This document shows, piece by piece, positions 29,755 through 40,140 of a stretch of 64,000 bases of DNA. The stretch's first letter is position 1; every line of letters begins with the position of its first letter. The translations under genes and the position numbers were made by a program. This DNA comes from Octopus vulgaris (Eukaryota): NCBI GenBank assembly GCA_951406725.2, contig OX597814.1:85622001-85686000 (forward strand). Reading direction: 5' to 3'. Under the pieces are notes generated by a model. It searched no databases. It was not told where the DNA came from and saw only the letters and a list, made by a program, of their open reading frames with translations.

Positions 29755-30310
29755 TTATTATTATATTATTATCTTAAGATGGTGATTGATTTAAGAGAAA
29801 TGTGGCAGTTATTTTTAGTAGGTTAAGCATGCGCGTTACGGTTACTGAATATATTTACGCAAAAAAAAACATCCCCATGAAAGATGAGCCAAAACTGGGT
29901 TACAAAATTTTTTAGATTGCCCAGAAAAATTCACATAAAAACCTATAAAGGTACGTTGAAATGGTTTATCTTCGACCAGATTCCAATACTGAGACAGTTT
30001 TTTCCAGATCTACACAATTTGGAAAATACAGAAAATATTTGTCTTGCAAATATCACGTCCATTTTTGTCACGCACCTCACACCAGGTAAATGAGAATTGA
30101 GACTATAGTCATTAGTTGTCCAGGAAACATATTAGCATTTCTTGAAATTTCAAGGGCAATGTACATAAACACCATATGGCTTTAATGCTGCTATGGAGAA
30201 ATTAAGAGGACTTAGAAGTTGATAATTTCAAGTGAGAAAAGGTATTTTGTTTGATGTCACATACGTCACACATTTGGGACCATCCTTTTAATAAAAATTC
30301 AACATACATA

Positions 30311-30343
30311 GGCGCAGAAGTGACTGTGTGGTAAGTAGCTTGC
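30311..30343 (+). mobile_element. 5' head of SINE family B, interrupted by the ORF1-only element; resumes at 32457-32610
   Basis: GGCGCAGAAGTGACTGTGTGGTAAGTAGCTTGC joins TTACTAACCACATGGTT at 32468, matching the uninterrupted copy at 54065-54123 (minus). Confidence 0.9.
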
Positions 30344-30346
30344 GAG

Positions 30347-30383
30347 TCAGTGTTGTGTTTGGCACTGAAGCGGTGAAGACGTG
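30347..30383 (+). promoter_or_regulatory. Putative internal Pol II promoter (Inr + DPE-like)
   Basis: TCAGT at 30347-51 at the element start; AGACGTG at 30377-83 (+29 from the Inr A). Confidence 0.5.
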
Positions 30384-30975
30384 CTTTTGAAGCCGTCTTG
30401 AATTGAAAAATTTTGAAGCCCCATTGTAAGGTAAGATTCTGTTTTCTGGGTCCGGTGGGAATTTTTGTTGAAAAATTGTTTTTTACGGGCAGGAAGTCCT
30501 ACTGGATTCAGAATTCTGATTCTGCCGACATGGGGCAAATATATTTTTCTCGATGAATTGTGAGAATTTTTGTGGGGCGTATTCATCTTCGATAATTGAG
30601 TGAATATTTTTCTCACCTAATCATGAAAACTGTATTGTGCTGTGAAGAACTTTTAGAATTGTGAGAACTGCTATATAGGGGAGTGTTTTGCCTCCGAAGT
30701 TTGAACAATTTTTACCAATTTTACACCAATTTTTGTGGGAGTTGTGTTCCAGTTGCGGCGTTCCGGGTTCAATTTAGGCCGGGAGTACCGAATGGCCAGA
30801 AGATTTTTTGCTGTTATTGACTTTCTTTTGAACTTTATTTGACTTTCTCCTTTTTATTTATTGTGACTTTCTGTTCATTTCTTCCCTTCTGTTGTGCTTT
30901 CTCCTTTTTTGTATCCTTCTTACCTTTTTTTAAAAACCTATCGTGAACTTTATTTGGACTTTGAACTTTTTTCAC

Positions 30976-32186
30976 ATGGAAAAGAAAAAGTGAAGCCACT
31001 GCTTTGGAGTGGGAGGTTGTCCCACCCAAGCAGTGGATTAAAGATCTTGAGAAGAGGACGGTGGTACTACGAACCTATTCTAGGTCGCGTGGGGCCATCG
31101 CCCTCTTCGACAAGAACATAATAGAAAAAGAGTTGGCAGACCACCTGCCAACTATAAAGTTTATTTCTCGAGGGACCAAATTTGCAACGGTGTGGTTGCT
31201 GTTTGGTACCCTCGAAGAAGCTAGTAGATTTGCTAGCGATCCCCTTGAGGGAGAGGACGTTTTGTTCCTCCCCTCGTATTGTGGAAGAAAAATAAAAAGA
31301 GCCTGGGTGTGCGGGCTGCCCCCCGGGCACGGAGGCAGGATGGATCGAGGAGACTATCCAGCGAGGCCTGGGAAATAGTGGGTCCAGGCTTTTGAGTGTA
31401 AAAATTACTCCCGCGGTCGGCTGGGAGGGGTCAAACGCAATTTTGACCCTGTGGACCCCGGTGGCCGTGGGGGAGATGATATTCCCAGACTTCCTGAGAA
31501 TGGCCGGGCACAGGTACCCGGTGATACTCGAGAGACGCCCCCCCCCCAAGTGTCACCTGTGCCTGGAGACCGGCCACATTAAGAAGAACTGCCCCAGGGA
31601 CCAAAGTAGGATCCTGGAGCAGTTAATGGTGTAATCTCTCCCTGCTCCCCCAATGGATGGAGAGAACCAGAAGAGTGACGAGGAGGTTGTTACATCCTCA
31701 AAACGTAAAAGAAAGGCGGGCAACAATGGTGACCCACCGAAAAACCCGGGAGCCGCGGAAGAAAAAGAGGACCCGTTGTGTACACAACAGGAACCTCACC
31801 CTCCCGCGGCCCAGGGAAAAAAAGGAAGAAAAAAGAGAAACGGGACGCCGCCGGCGGATTGTAACACGCGGACGGCGTCTCCCAAGCCTCCTCAGGCGAG
31901 TGTGCCGCCGGAGGATAAATATGTGGTCCTCTTCCACAAAGGAGGAACCATTGAAAATGAGATAAGAAAAATGAAAAGGAGAGCCCAATGGGAGGGACTT
32001 CGGTCCTGCACGGAGGACCCTGAGTGGCCTTCACAGGTGGCTGCGGAGGTCCTTTGGGATAGCGATCTGTGCAGGATTGTGAATTCCTTCCCGGAGGACT
32101 CCTATAGATTTGTACCTGTGTGGTCTTGCCTGGAACCGGCTGAGTGCTTCAATAAAGCAAGAGGGCTGGTCGGCCGGGTGACCTGA
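30976..32186 (+). pseudogene. ORF1/gag-like nucleic-acid-binding protein (~400 aa reconstructed) with CCHC zinc knuckle
   Basis: Track ORFs 31004-31378, 31392-31634, 31653-32186 join via frameshifts in an A-run (~30985) and a C-run (~31320) and one in-frame TAA (31632-34); WVCGLPP, FPDFLRMAGHRYPVILE, CHLCLETGHIKKNC, K/R-rich tracts. Confidence 0.85.
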
Positions 32187-32659
32187 ACTTTTTGTATACT
32201 TTGAAGGAACATTGTATTATATTGAAACCTGAACTTTCTGTATATTTTAAAAGAACATTGTAAGAGGTTTATTGCCTCATTATGATTTGTTGAAAAAAGA
32301 ACATTGTTTTAGAGAAGCGGAAGTCGGCGGGCACTTTCGTCTTCTCCCATCATCATCTTCGTTCCATCACCATCATTCATACCATTAATGTCTGTGTCCA
32401 GCCCGCAAAGCTACATCTGTGTAATGCCCCTGTGGCAAATTAGATAAAATAAAATAAAGTAGGTTGCTTACTAACCACATGGTTACGGGTTAGGGTTACG
32501 AATGTTTATAGCAAAAAATAAGTCCTGGGGTCGATTTGCTCGACTAAAGGCAGTGCTGCAACATGGCTACAGTCAAATGACTGAAACAATTAAAAGAATA
32601 AAAAAGAATACATCCAAGTAAAAAAAAAAAAAAAATGTTTAATTCTTGCTTAGAATTTA

Positions 32660-32840
32660 AGGCAGTGAACTGCTGGAATCATTAGCACATAGGACAAATT
32701 TTTTCCCAACTTCTTACGTTGTGAGTTCAAATTAGGCCTTTCATTCTTCGCTAATCGCTGAAATGACGACCAGTCAAGGACTAGGATTAGTGTAATCGAC
32801 TTCCTCTTAATTTGCTAGCCTTGTACCGAAATTAGAAATT
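32660..32840 (+). mobile_element. Diverged SINE family A copy
   Basis: GGCAGTGAACTG..GAATCATTAGCAC..TTACGTTGTGAGTTCAAAT..GCCTTTCATTCTT. Confidence 0.7.
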
Positions 32841-33196
32841 ATGTTAGTGGAATTTTAAAGGTGACGTTTAGGTTTGCCCATCATCAGTCAGGAAGTATTT
32901 AATTTTGTTTGTGATTAGTGTATGTTATTTGTACGTTTATTTTGGCATTGCAGTATACCATTGATATTGGTCCTATCATTTATATGTAACACGCACTAAC
33001 ACGACGAGTGAAACCGCAAAAGTTCCAAAAACATTGTTAATAGATTTTGAAGTTGTAATACTCTAAACAGATTGCAAGGAATTCATACTAAAACCTTAAA
33101 ACAAGTATAAGCCAAAATACAGTATCTAATACATTTAAAAGAATAGCTGTTCACCCTACCCATCTCTATCTATCAATCTCTCTATCTATCTATCTG

Positions 33197-33229
<33 letters not shown>

Positions 33230-33248
33230 TTCTTACTTTCTTTCTATC

Positions 33249-33330
<82 letters not shown>

Positions 33331-33418
33331 CATACATGTGTGTCCTTATAACAAGTCGTATATGAAAACAACTCTTTTTACTGGAGTACATGTTTCTTAA
33401 ACTTTTGCAAGAAGAAAA

Positions 33419-33459
33419 GTGACTGATTTCAAAGCTCAGCCTGCTAGCCTTCATCAGAC
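33419..33459 (-). ncRNA. Minimal type I hammerhead-like motif with canonical core
   Basis: Minus: GT-CTGATGA-AGGCT..AGCTT-T-GAAA-TCAG-TC-AC; stem I only 2 bp; lies 3' of a possible PLE ORF end (33713-33795). Confidence 0.45.
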
Positions 33460-33806
33460 AGAGCTACGCTTGGGTTTCTTTTGGCTTTATATAATCTTTG
33501 GCAAGTTGCTTTATTGAGGTATGTGGAGCTGTGCGGAATGATAATTATGCTTGGTGTATATAGGTACGGGAATTAGATGTGTAGGAGAGGAGACAGAAAA
33601 CGAAGATTGAGGTATATTTGTAGGCGGTTGGTTATTGTTGGACGATTTTGCTTAGTTTGATATAGTAATTGTGTTATTGTTTAAAGTTCAGTCAAGCGTG
33701 GAATAACCGTGTTCACAGATGTGTCCAATTTAGGTGTGTCACGAGATTCTTTATATAGAAAGTTGTGTTTTGTTGTTTGAAATGAGTCTCTAGTTCATGT
33801 TTCTTT

Positions 33807-33964
33807 TTCTTCTTCTTCTTCTTCTTCTTCTTCTTCTTCTTCTTCTTCTTCTTCTTCTTCTTCTTCTTCTTCTTCTTCTTCTTCTTCTTCTCCTTCTTCT
33901 TCTTCTTCTTCTTCTTCTTCAACCGCTGCTGCTATCACTCCTCCTCCTCCTCCTCCTCCTCCTC

Positions 33965-33995
<31 letters not shown>

Positions 33996-34086
33996 ATCAC
34001 TATCATCATCCTAATGATCCTAATCATCATCATCGTCATGATCATCATTGTCATCGTCATGATCATCGTTGTCATCGTCATCACCA
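33807..34086. repeat. (TTC)n/(CTC)n/(CTA)n/(CAT)n compound microsatellite
   Basis: Direct tandem repeats. Confidence 0.95.
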
Positions 34087-34283
34087 TCTCAAAGAAGGTT
34101 TTTGCTACGCCAGCATTTCTCTGTGAGTGGCAGTAATTAAATGCAGCGAGGGGCAGGGTGTACCGGGGTAGGGAGTCAGTATCTCATTTAATCATCCCCT
34201 TTCTTACCTTATCTTTTTCATTAGTCTGGTGCTTCGCATTGAAATCCTTTTGACACCCACACATATAGACATGCAAAAACGTG

Positions 34284-34375
<92 letters not shown>

Positions 34376-34612
34376 GCATGTACATGCAAATGTGAACATA
34401 TACATATAATTATGTGGAAACACAAACTCACATGTGCATGTTCGTGTATATATGTATACACACACACACACATATATATATACATATATACATACATGTA
34501 TACAAACGGGTATATAGACGTATGAGTAAACACCCGCGCGCACATGTTTACTTATATGCCTATATACATTTACATACCTTTATATGCATGTATATATGTA
34601 TATATATGTGTG

Positions 34613-34658
<46 letters not shown>

Positions 34659-34736
34659 GTGTGTTGAGTGTAGAGGTATATATATATATACATGCGGTAT
34701 ATATATATATATATAAATAGGTATATATATATGTAG

Positions 34737-34773
<37 letters not shown>

Positions 34774-35535
34774 GCTATATATATATCCACATATATGTGT
34801 AAGTATTAGCGTATGTGAGTGAGTGTATCTATGTGAGTATATATGAGTTTGTTCGTCTATGTCTATGTGTTTGTGCGCCTAAGTGAATGAACGAGAGGAT
34901 GCTTTACGAATTGACTGAAAGCAGACGATAATGGCGAGCGAATGACAAACGACAGGCTTAAAAACCTCCGACAACACCCACCATACATTTCATCGCGCCG
35001 TCTTGATAGCCTTAATGATTCTTCGTGTCACTTTAGCTTCAGCTATCTAGTAGCTATGGAGCTAGCTAGCTATCTTGTTTAACTGCCTTTCATAGTTGGT
35101 TGGTACCTCTTTTATGTTCGAAGAAAGAAAACCTGGAAAAGAAAACAATATATAACAAAATAGATTGAAGCAAAGGTGTGAGGTGAAAAACACAATTAGA
35201 TGAAGTGATATACGAAATAAATAACTGGAATTTGCGATAGAAGCGGCTGAAGAAAATCGAAAAACAAGATCACAAAAATGCAAAAAATAATTATACATGT
35301 ATGCTCATACAAGCGTGCGTGCGTGCGTGCATGCGCAGTAGGTACACATTTACACTAATGTACATACATTCACACGAGCAGAAACAAATACACATACATG
35401 TATGCACAAGCCAGCCTGCATCTTTTTCTCTGTAAATGTGTATGTGCATGTATACACATGTGAGTGCGTTTGTGTGTGTGTGTATATGTATATATATATA
35501 TATATACATACATTAATACATGAGTATGTGTATAT

Positions 35536-35598
<63 letters not shown>

Positions 35599-35605
35599 CA
35601 TACAT

Positions 35606-35636
<31 letters not shown>

Positions 35637-36039
35637 CATATACCGTTGAATTATCTTTTCACACCTTTAACGACTTTATATATAAACCGCATTCACCAAT
35701 GTAAGCATTCTCCATATCGCTAGATTACTGATGGAATACATACATAATATATCCATATAATACATATTCATATATATAAGAGTGAGTGTGCGCGCGCGCG
35801 TGTATGTTTGTGTGTGCGTATGTATGTGTGTGTTTATCTGTGAATGTATGTTTGTACATACGTATACGTGTATACATATAAATGCATAAAGATATATATG
35901 CATATACATACAAGATGATGATGGCGGTCCACTCGTAACCGAGAAGAACTCTTACTGACCTTTAGGAACACTGTGTGCTCAAGACTACCTTAAAAAAATA
36001 TAAATATATATTTTAAAAAAAAAGCAATGCACATGTAAA

Positions 36040-36490
36040 GGAAAAAAGTCAGCAATGTCTGTGCAAAATTGTTAGATGCAATATGGCTTGCACGACACCT
36101 CATAGACCCTCTCCACTCTATTGACATTATCCAGAGACAAGCCGTGTCAAGATGTCTGGTGCCAGTATGAGTTTGCAGGCTCAGGGATGTGGAACGCCAT
36201 GAACTCAAACATAAGCAAAAGATCCCCAAAATTGTCCAATGCCACTCCCTGCATTTCTAGTTTTATATCAGAGTAGCCTTCTCCAAGAGACATGCTTCAA
36301 CAAGACTCAAGGGGTGCCTCACTCCCAGGGGTCTTCCGGCACGCCAGACAACATCTCGGAATTTCTGCGTGCCCATAGTATTGCTAAATAGTCGTTGAAC
36401 CCGCACTAGGTTCGTCCGGCCTTTTAACAGGTTTTGCTGGAGTTCTAGCAGCCCTTCTCACCAGGCTAGCCAGGGGTGCCGGTTTAGTTT
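36040..36490 (-). mobile_element. GC-rich repeat fragment, possibly RTE-clade 5' region
   Basis: Minus-strand GGAGAAGGCTACTCTGATATAAAAC resembles a motif recalled from RTE 5' UTRs; abuts the SINE below. Confidence 0.35.
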
Positions 36491-36742
36491 AAATGAGCCC
36501 TTTTAAAGCCTAGCCAGGCTCATGGGCCCGGTTTCCCGGTTTCAATGGCGTATGTGTTCCCCAGCTGGACTGGACGCCAGTCCATCGCAGCGTTACTCAT
36601 TTTTGCCAGCTGAGTGGACTGGAGCAACGTGAAATGAAGTGTTTTGCTCAAGAACACAACGCGTCGCCCGGTCCAGGAATCGAAACCACAATCTTACGAT
36701 CATAATGCTGACACCCTAACCACTAAGCCACGCGCCTCCACA
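36491..36742 (-). mobile_element. tRNA-derived SINE (family C head and core, different 3' part)
   Basis: Minus GGCGCGTGGCTTAGTGG (A box), GGTTTCGATTCC (B box), TTGAGCAAAACACTTCATTTCACGTTGCTCCAG. Confidence 0.85.
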
Positions 36743-36863
36743 CATATTACATAGGTATAAAGAAAATCGAAAAACATGATCACAAAAATGCAAAAAATAA
36801 TTATGTATGTATGTATGTATGTATGTATGTATGTATGTATGTATGTATGTATGTATGTATGTA

Positions 36864-36898
<35 letters not shown>

Positions 36899-36912
36899 AT
36901 GTATGTGTATGA

Positions 36913-36940
<28 letters not shown>

Positions 36941-36943
<3 letters not shown>

Positions 36944-37041
36944 TATTCTTATGCGAGAATGTTGTTGACTGCAGTCCGACGATGGCTTAGCTGGTGAAAC
37001 TTTGAAGTCACTGTCAACAACATTCATGTATAAGAATAATA
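36941..37041 (+). ncRNA. Type I hammerhead ribozyme-like motif capping a long hairpin
   Basis: Stem I CAGT(36972-75)/ACTG(37010-13), extended by GAATGTTGTTGA/TCAACAACATTC and TATTATTCTTATGC/GTATAAGAATAATA; core CCGACGA 36976-82; GAAA 36996-99; stem III ACTT-TG-AAGT; GUC 37007-09. Confidence 0.7.
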
Positions 37042-37134
37042 AATTTGTAACCTACAAAAGTATAGAGTAACCCAGCAGATTAATGTAAATTTTTATTATA
37101 ACGGAACGTAAAAGCGAACATTAACATGTGTGTT

Positions 37135-37218
<84 letters not shown>

Positions 37219-37259
37219 CATGCTAATGCATAGGATGCTACATTTTTAAAAGCTTGGAC

Positions 37260-37750
37260 ACTTGGACACTCAGGTAAATATGTCAGAATGGTTCTGAAAT
37301 AAAGTATTAGTACGCGAGCAAAGAATTTTTTTTATGACCAAGACGTATTAAATGTCATATGTCTATATTCTTTAATTCCTTACTTCGGTAATTTGTTTTA
37401 ACCGTCACATAAATCCATGATAGAGCACCGCTCTCAGAACAGCCTGTTCTATGCCCTTCGTCTCGTTTTCAGCGCAAGTATCAACGGACAACTTTTCAGC
37501 AGTGAGCCGTTGTTATGGTCACCTTTTATCCTCAAGTCAACCTTCATTGATTTCACTTATGATCGACATGTCCCAGCCTTTTCAATCATTGTTTTCGTAT
37601 TTCAGTAGCGACGGATTTTGTCATAGCATGCGGTTGCCAATGAATATATGCTGCTGACAAAGCCCGAAGCGGCTAAGATGCACATCAAGCATTCTCACCG
37701 GTACTCCTTGACGATTTTAGTCTACTTCTGACATTCTTGTGCTTCTAAAT
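37260..37750 (-). pseudogene. Possible Merlin/IS1595-like transposase relic
   Basis: Weak peptides IISEINEG..KR and EYRHMTFN echo IVEIDES..KRK and YxHxTVNH motifs. Confidence 0.3.
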
Positions 37751-37871
37751 GTAGTAAGTCCATAAGAGATATTATCTCCGGACGAATACAGCTGTTAATT
37801 TGGTTTCCGTGATATATTTACATTATGTATCATACGCAGATGGCTACTTTAATATATAATACCGTTTCTGT

Positions 37872-37938
<67 letters not shown>

Positions 37939-38158
37939 TCGCACATACATATACAAATATAGTTTACTTCTCCGATAAGGTAAGATCAACGAAAAAGTTA
38001 TCCATCCAGTGAGAGATAAATATTGTTTAATGTACATAGTGTATAGCTATGAGTTACCGTTTCCTACATTGGAGGTGTTTTCTAGGTAGGTTTTTATACC
38101 AAGCTATCTCCGGGTTCTAAACACACACACGCGCACGCACACACACGCGCACACACGC

Positions 38159-38242
<84 letters not shown>

Positions 38243-38849
38243 GTCAAATCACTCTTGAGTGTTACTGGTAACATGTCGGCCGGTACAACCAATGCGATAA
38301 AAAAAAATTAGGCTCGTTAAACACAGCTAAACACAGCCATCCATTTGTGAGCAAATATTCTTGTAAATCCCTGCTGAGTTGTTGGCATCCTTTGGTGGAA
38401 AGAGTGTAGGAGAACGCGCTCTGAAATTAAAACTGGTGATATTCTCACTCAGCCAGTTTCAACAATAGCAAATAGGTACATCTTTCGATATGTTCCTATG
38501 TTCTTTTCTTTGACTCTTAATGAATATGGAAACATCACGAGCTACTCATGATCCCAACATTAACTGGTGGAGACACCTTTTGAGTTTACTTCTCCGTTTC
38601 TCCCCCATTCTCTTACTGGGATCTTGTCCACTCCTGTCGCCTTTCTAGCTGAAAATGACCTGGTGGCCATCAACACCTCTTCTAGACATGGAACTCATCC
38701 ATACTTAGCTCGACGCATCATTTACTTACTTACCCCCTCCAGCGCCCCTCCACACATACAGTAAAACAAAGACTTAGAAAACGTGCTGCAAGATCACATG
38801 GTTAACATACTCTACTTCATTTCGTGATAAATTTAATTCTAGCTTTCAT

Positions 38850-39370
38850 AGAGGAACACTTCCCAACCAGCCATAATTATTCAAGATTATTTCGTAGACA
38901 TAATCTTAAAGTTACAATTAAACCAATAACATGTATAAAATCACACACATTCTGGAAATAAAGTTATATATTCAGGCAGAAACACTAACGCATTGCTATA
39001 ATATATGTATTGCAGCGCAGATGACATCATTTATGAAATGAAGCTTAATACCATAAAAACCTAACATATATGTTTGCACTTCAGTGATACATTGACATTA
39101 CGGAAGGGAAGTCTAATTAAAAATTCTAAGACTATACTTTCTATTTTTGACATATCGATATGAAAATGCTGCAAAATTAGCCGACTACATCTGAAAATCA
39201 AAAGAAAAGTTTCAAAGTACACCATTTGATAAAAGACTATTAAAAGCCTTAAAAGAATGGTAATAAATGTAATTTTTCACTTCAAACAAACACCACTTCC
39301 TCAAAAGTCTACTATGATTAAGAAAAAGTAATTATGACTACTATTTGAATATTAAGTAGGAAATGTTTTG
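38850..39370 (+). pseudogene. Penelope-like relic (linker/GIY-YIG)
   Basis: HFPTSHNYSRLFRRHNLKVT matches PLE HFPxxHxxxKIFNRxxxKVSY. Confidence 0.55.
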
Positions 39371-39759
39371 AAAGCACAGGCACATCTATTTAACTCACAC
39401 ACTCACCCGCACGTATATACATGAGGACATGCATTTCTATCACCTCGTTCTTAATTCTCATTTTCTTTCTTTCCCTTTTCTCTCGTTTATTTTTTATGTA
39501 TTTTTTGTCAATTCTTTACTCGAATAATCACTCTTTTCTTCTCTTTTTTTAAATCTACTTTTGATGTGTCTTACCTTTCTCTTTAATTCTTGATATTCAT
39601 TGTACTGTTATATGGAAATAATTCAATTTTCACCATTTCAGATTTATGAGCACAACGTAAACGGAAATGGTTTATTTTACTAAATTATTTCTCAGAAAAA
39701 GTAACAAATAACGGATCTGGTATGTTGAATATCCCCTAGACAGTAAACTTTGGAAAATC

Positions 39760-40140
39760 TTGTTTTTGCATGACTTTCTATACACATACATTACTCAACA
39801 TATTTGTACTGAGTGCGATGACTTTTTGCTGCACTTTGAGGTTTTGTGTGTGAAGTTTCCGCATAAATTGCTCGTCGCTATTTCAAGTTTTTCTAACTTG
39901 AAAGTTATCTTAGTAGAGCTCTCGGCGTATATTTTCTTACCTCAATGAGGCAGGATTTTTCAGTAGTGTTTAAACACTCTCGCTTTATTCTCCCTGTTCG
40001 TCTCAATCGCTTTATCTTACCTCCCTCGTGACCGACTGCTTTTTTTTTATAGCAAGACTTCAACAAAAATGAGTAGTCACAAAACACTTGGTCGCATTGT
40101 TCAATGGTATAAGAGATTTTTTCCGACAACGACGTGTAAT
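39760..40140 (-). pseudogene. Possible Tc1/mariner transposase N-terminal relic
   Basis: SYTIEQ..IKRLRRTGRIK resembles Tc1-like HTH region. Confidence 0.3.

Larger units (their letters stand above)
30344..32456 (+). mobile_element. Full-length ORF1-only non-autonomous non-LTR retroposon (HAL1/Tx1-like)
   Basis: TSD AAGTAGCTTGC(30333-43)/AAGTAGGTTGC(32457-67); ~630-bp 5' UTR; one gag-like ORF; ~270-bp 3' UTR ending (TAAAA)n; no RT or endonuclease. Confidence 0.85.

Noticed and set aside
32487-32498. GGGTTAGGGTTA as an interstitial telomere
   Set aside because: Only two units; explained by local reiteration of SINE sequence at a deletion junction
32861-32890. Minus CTGATGATGGG..CCTAAACGTCA as a hammerhead
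   Set aside because: G12 missing and stem I out of register
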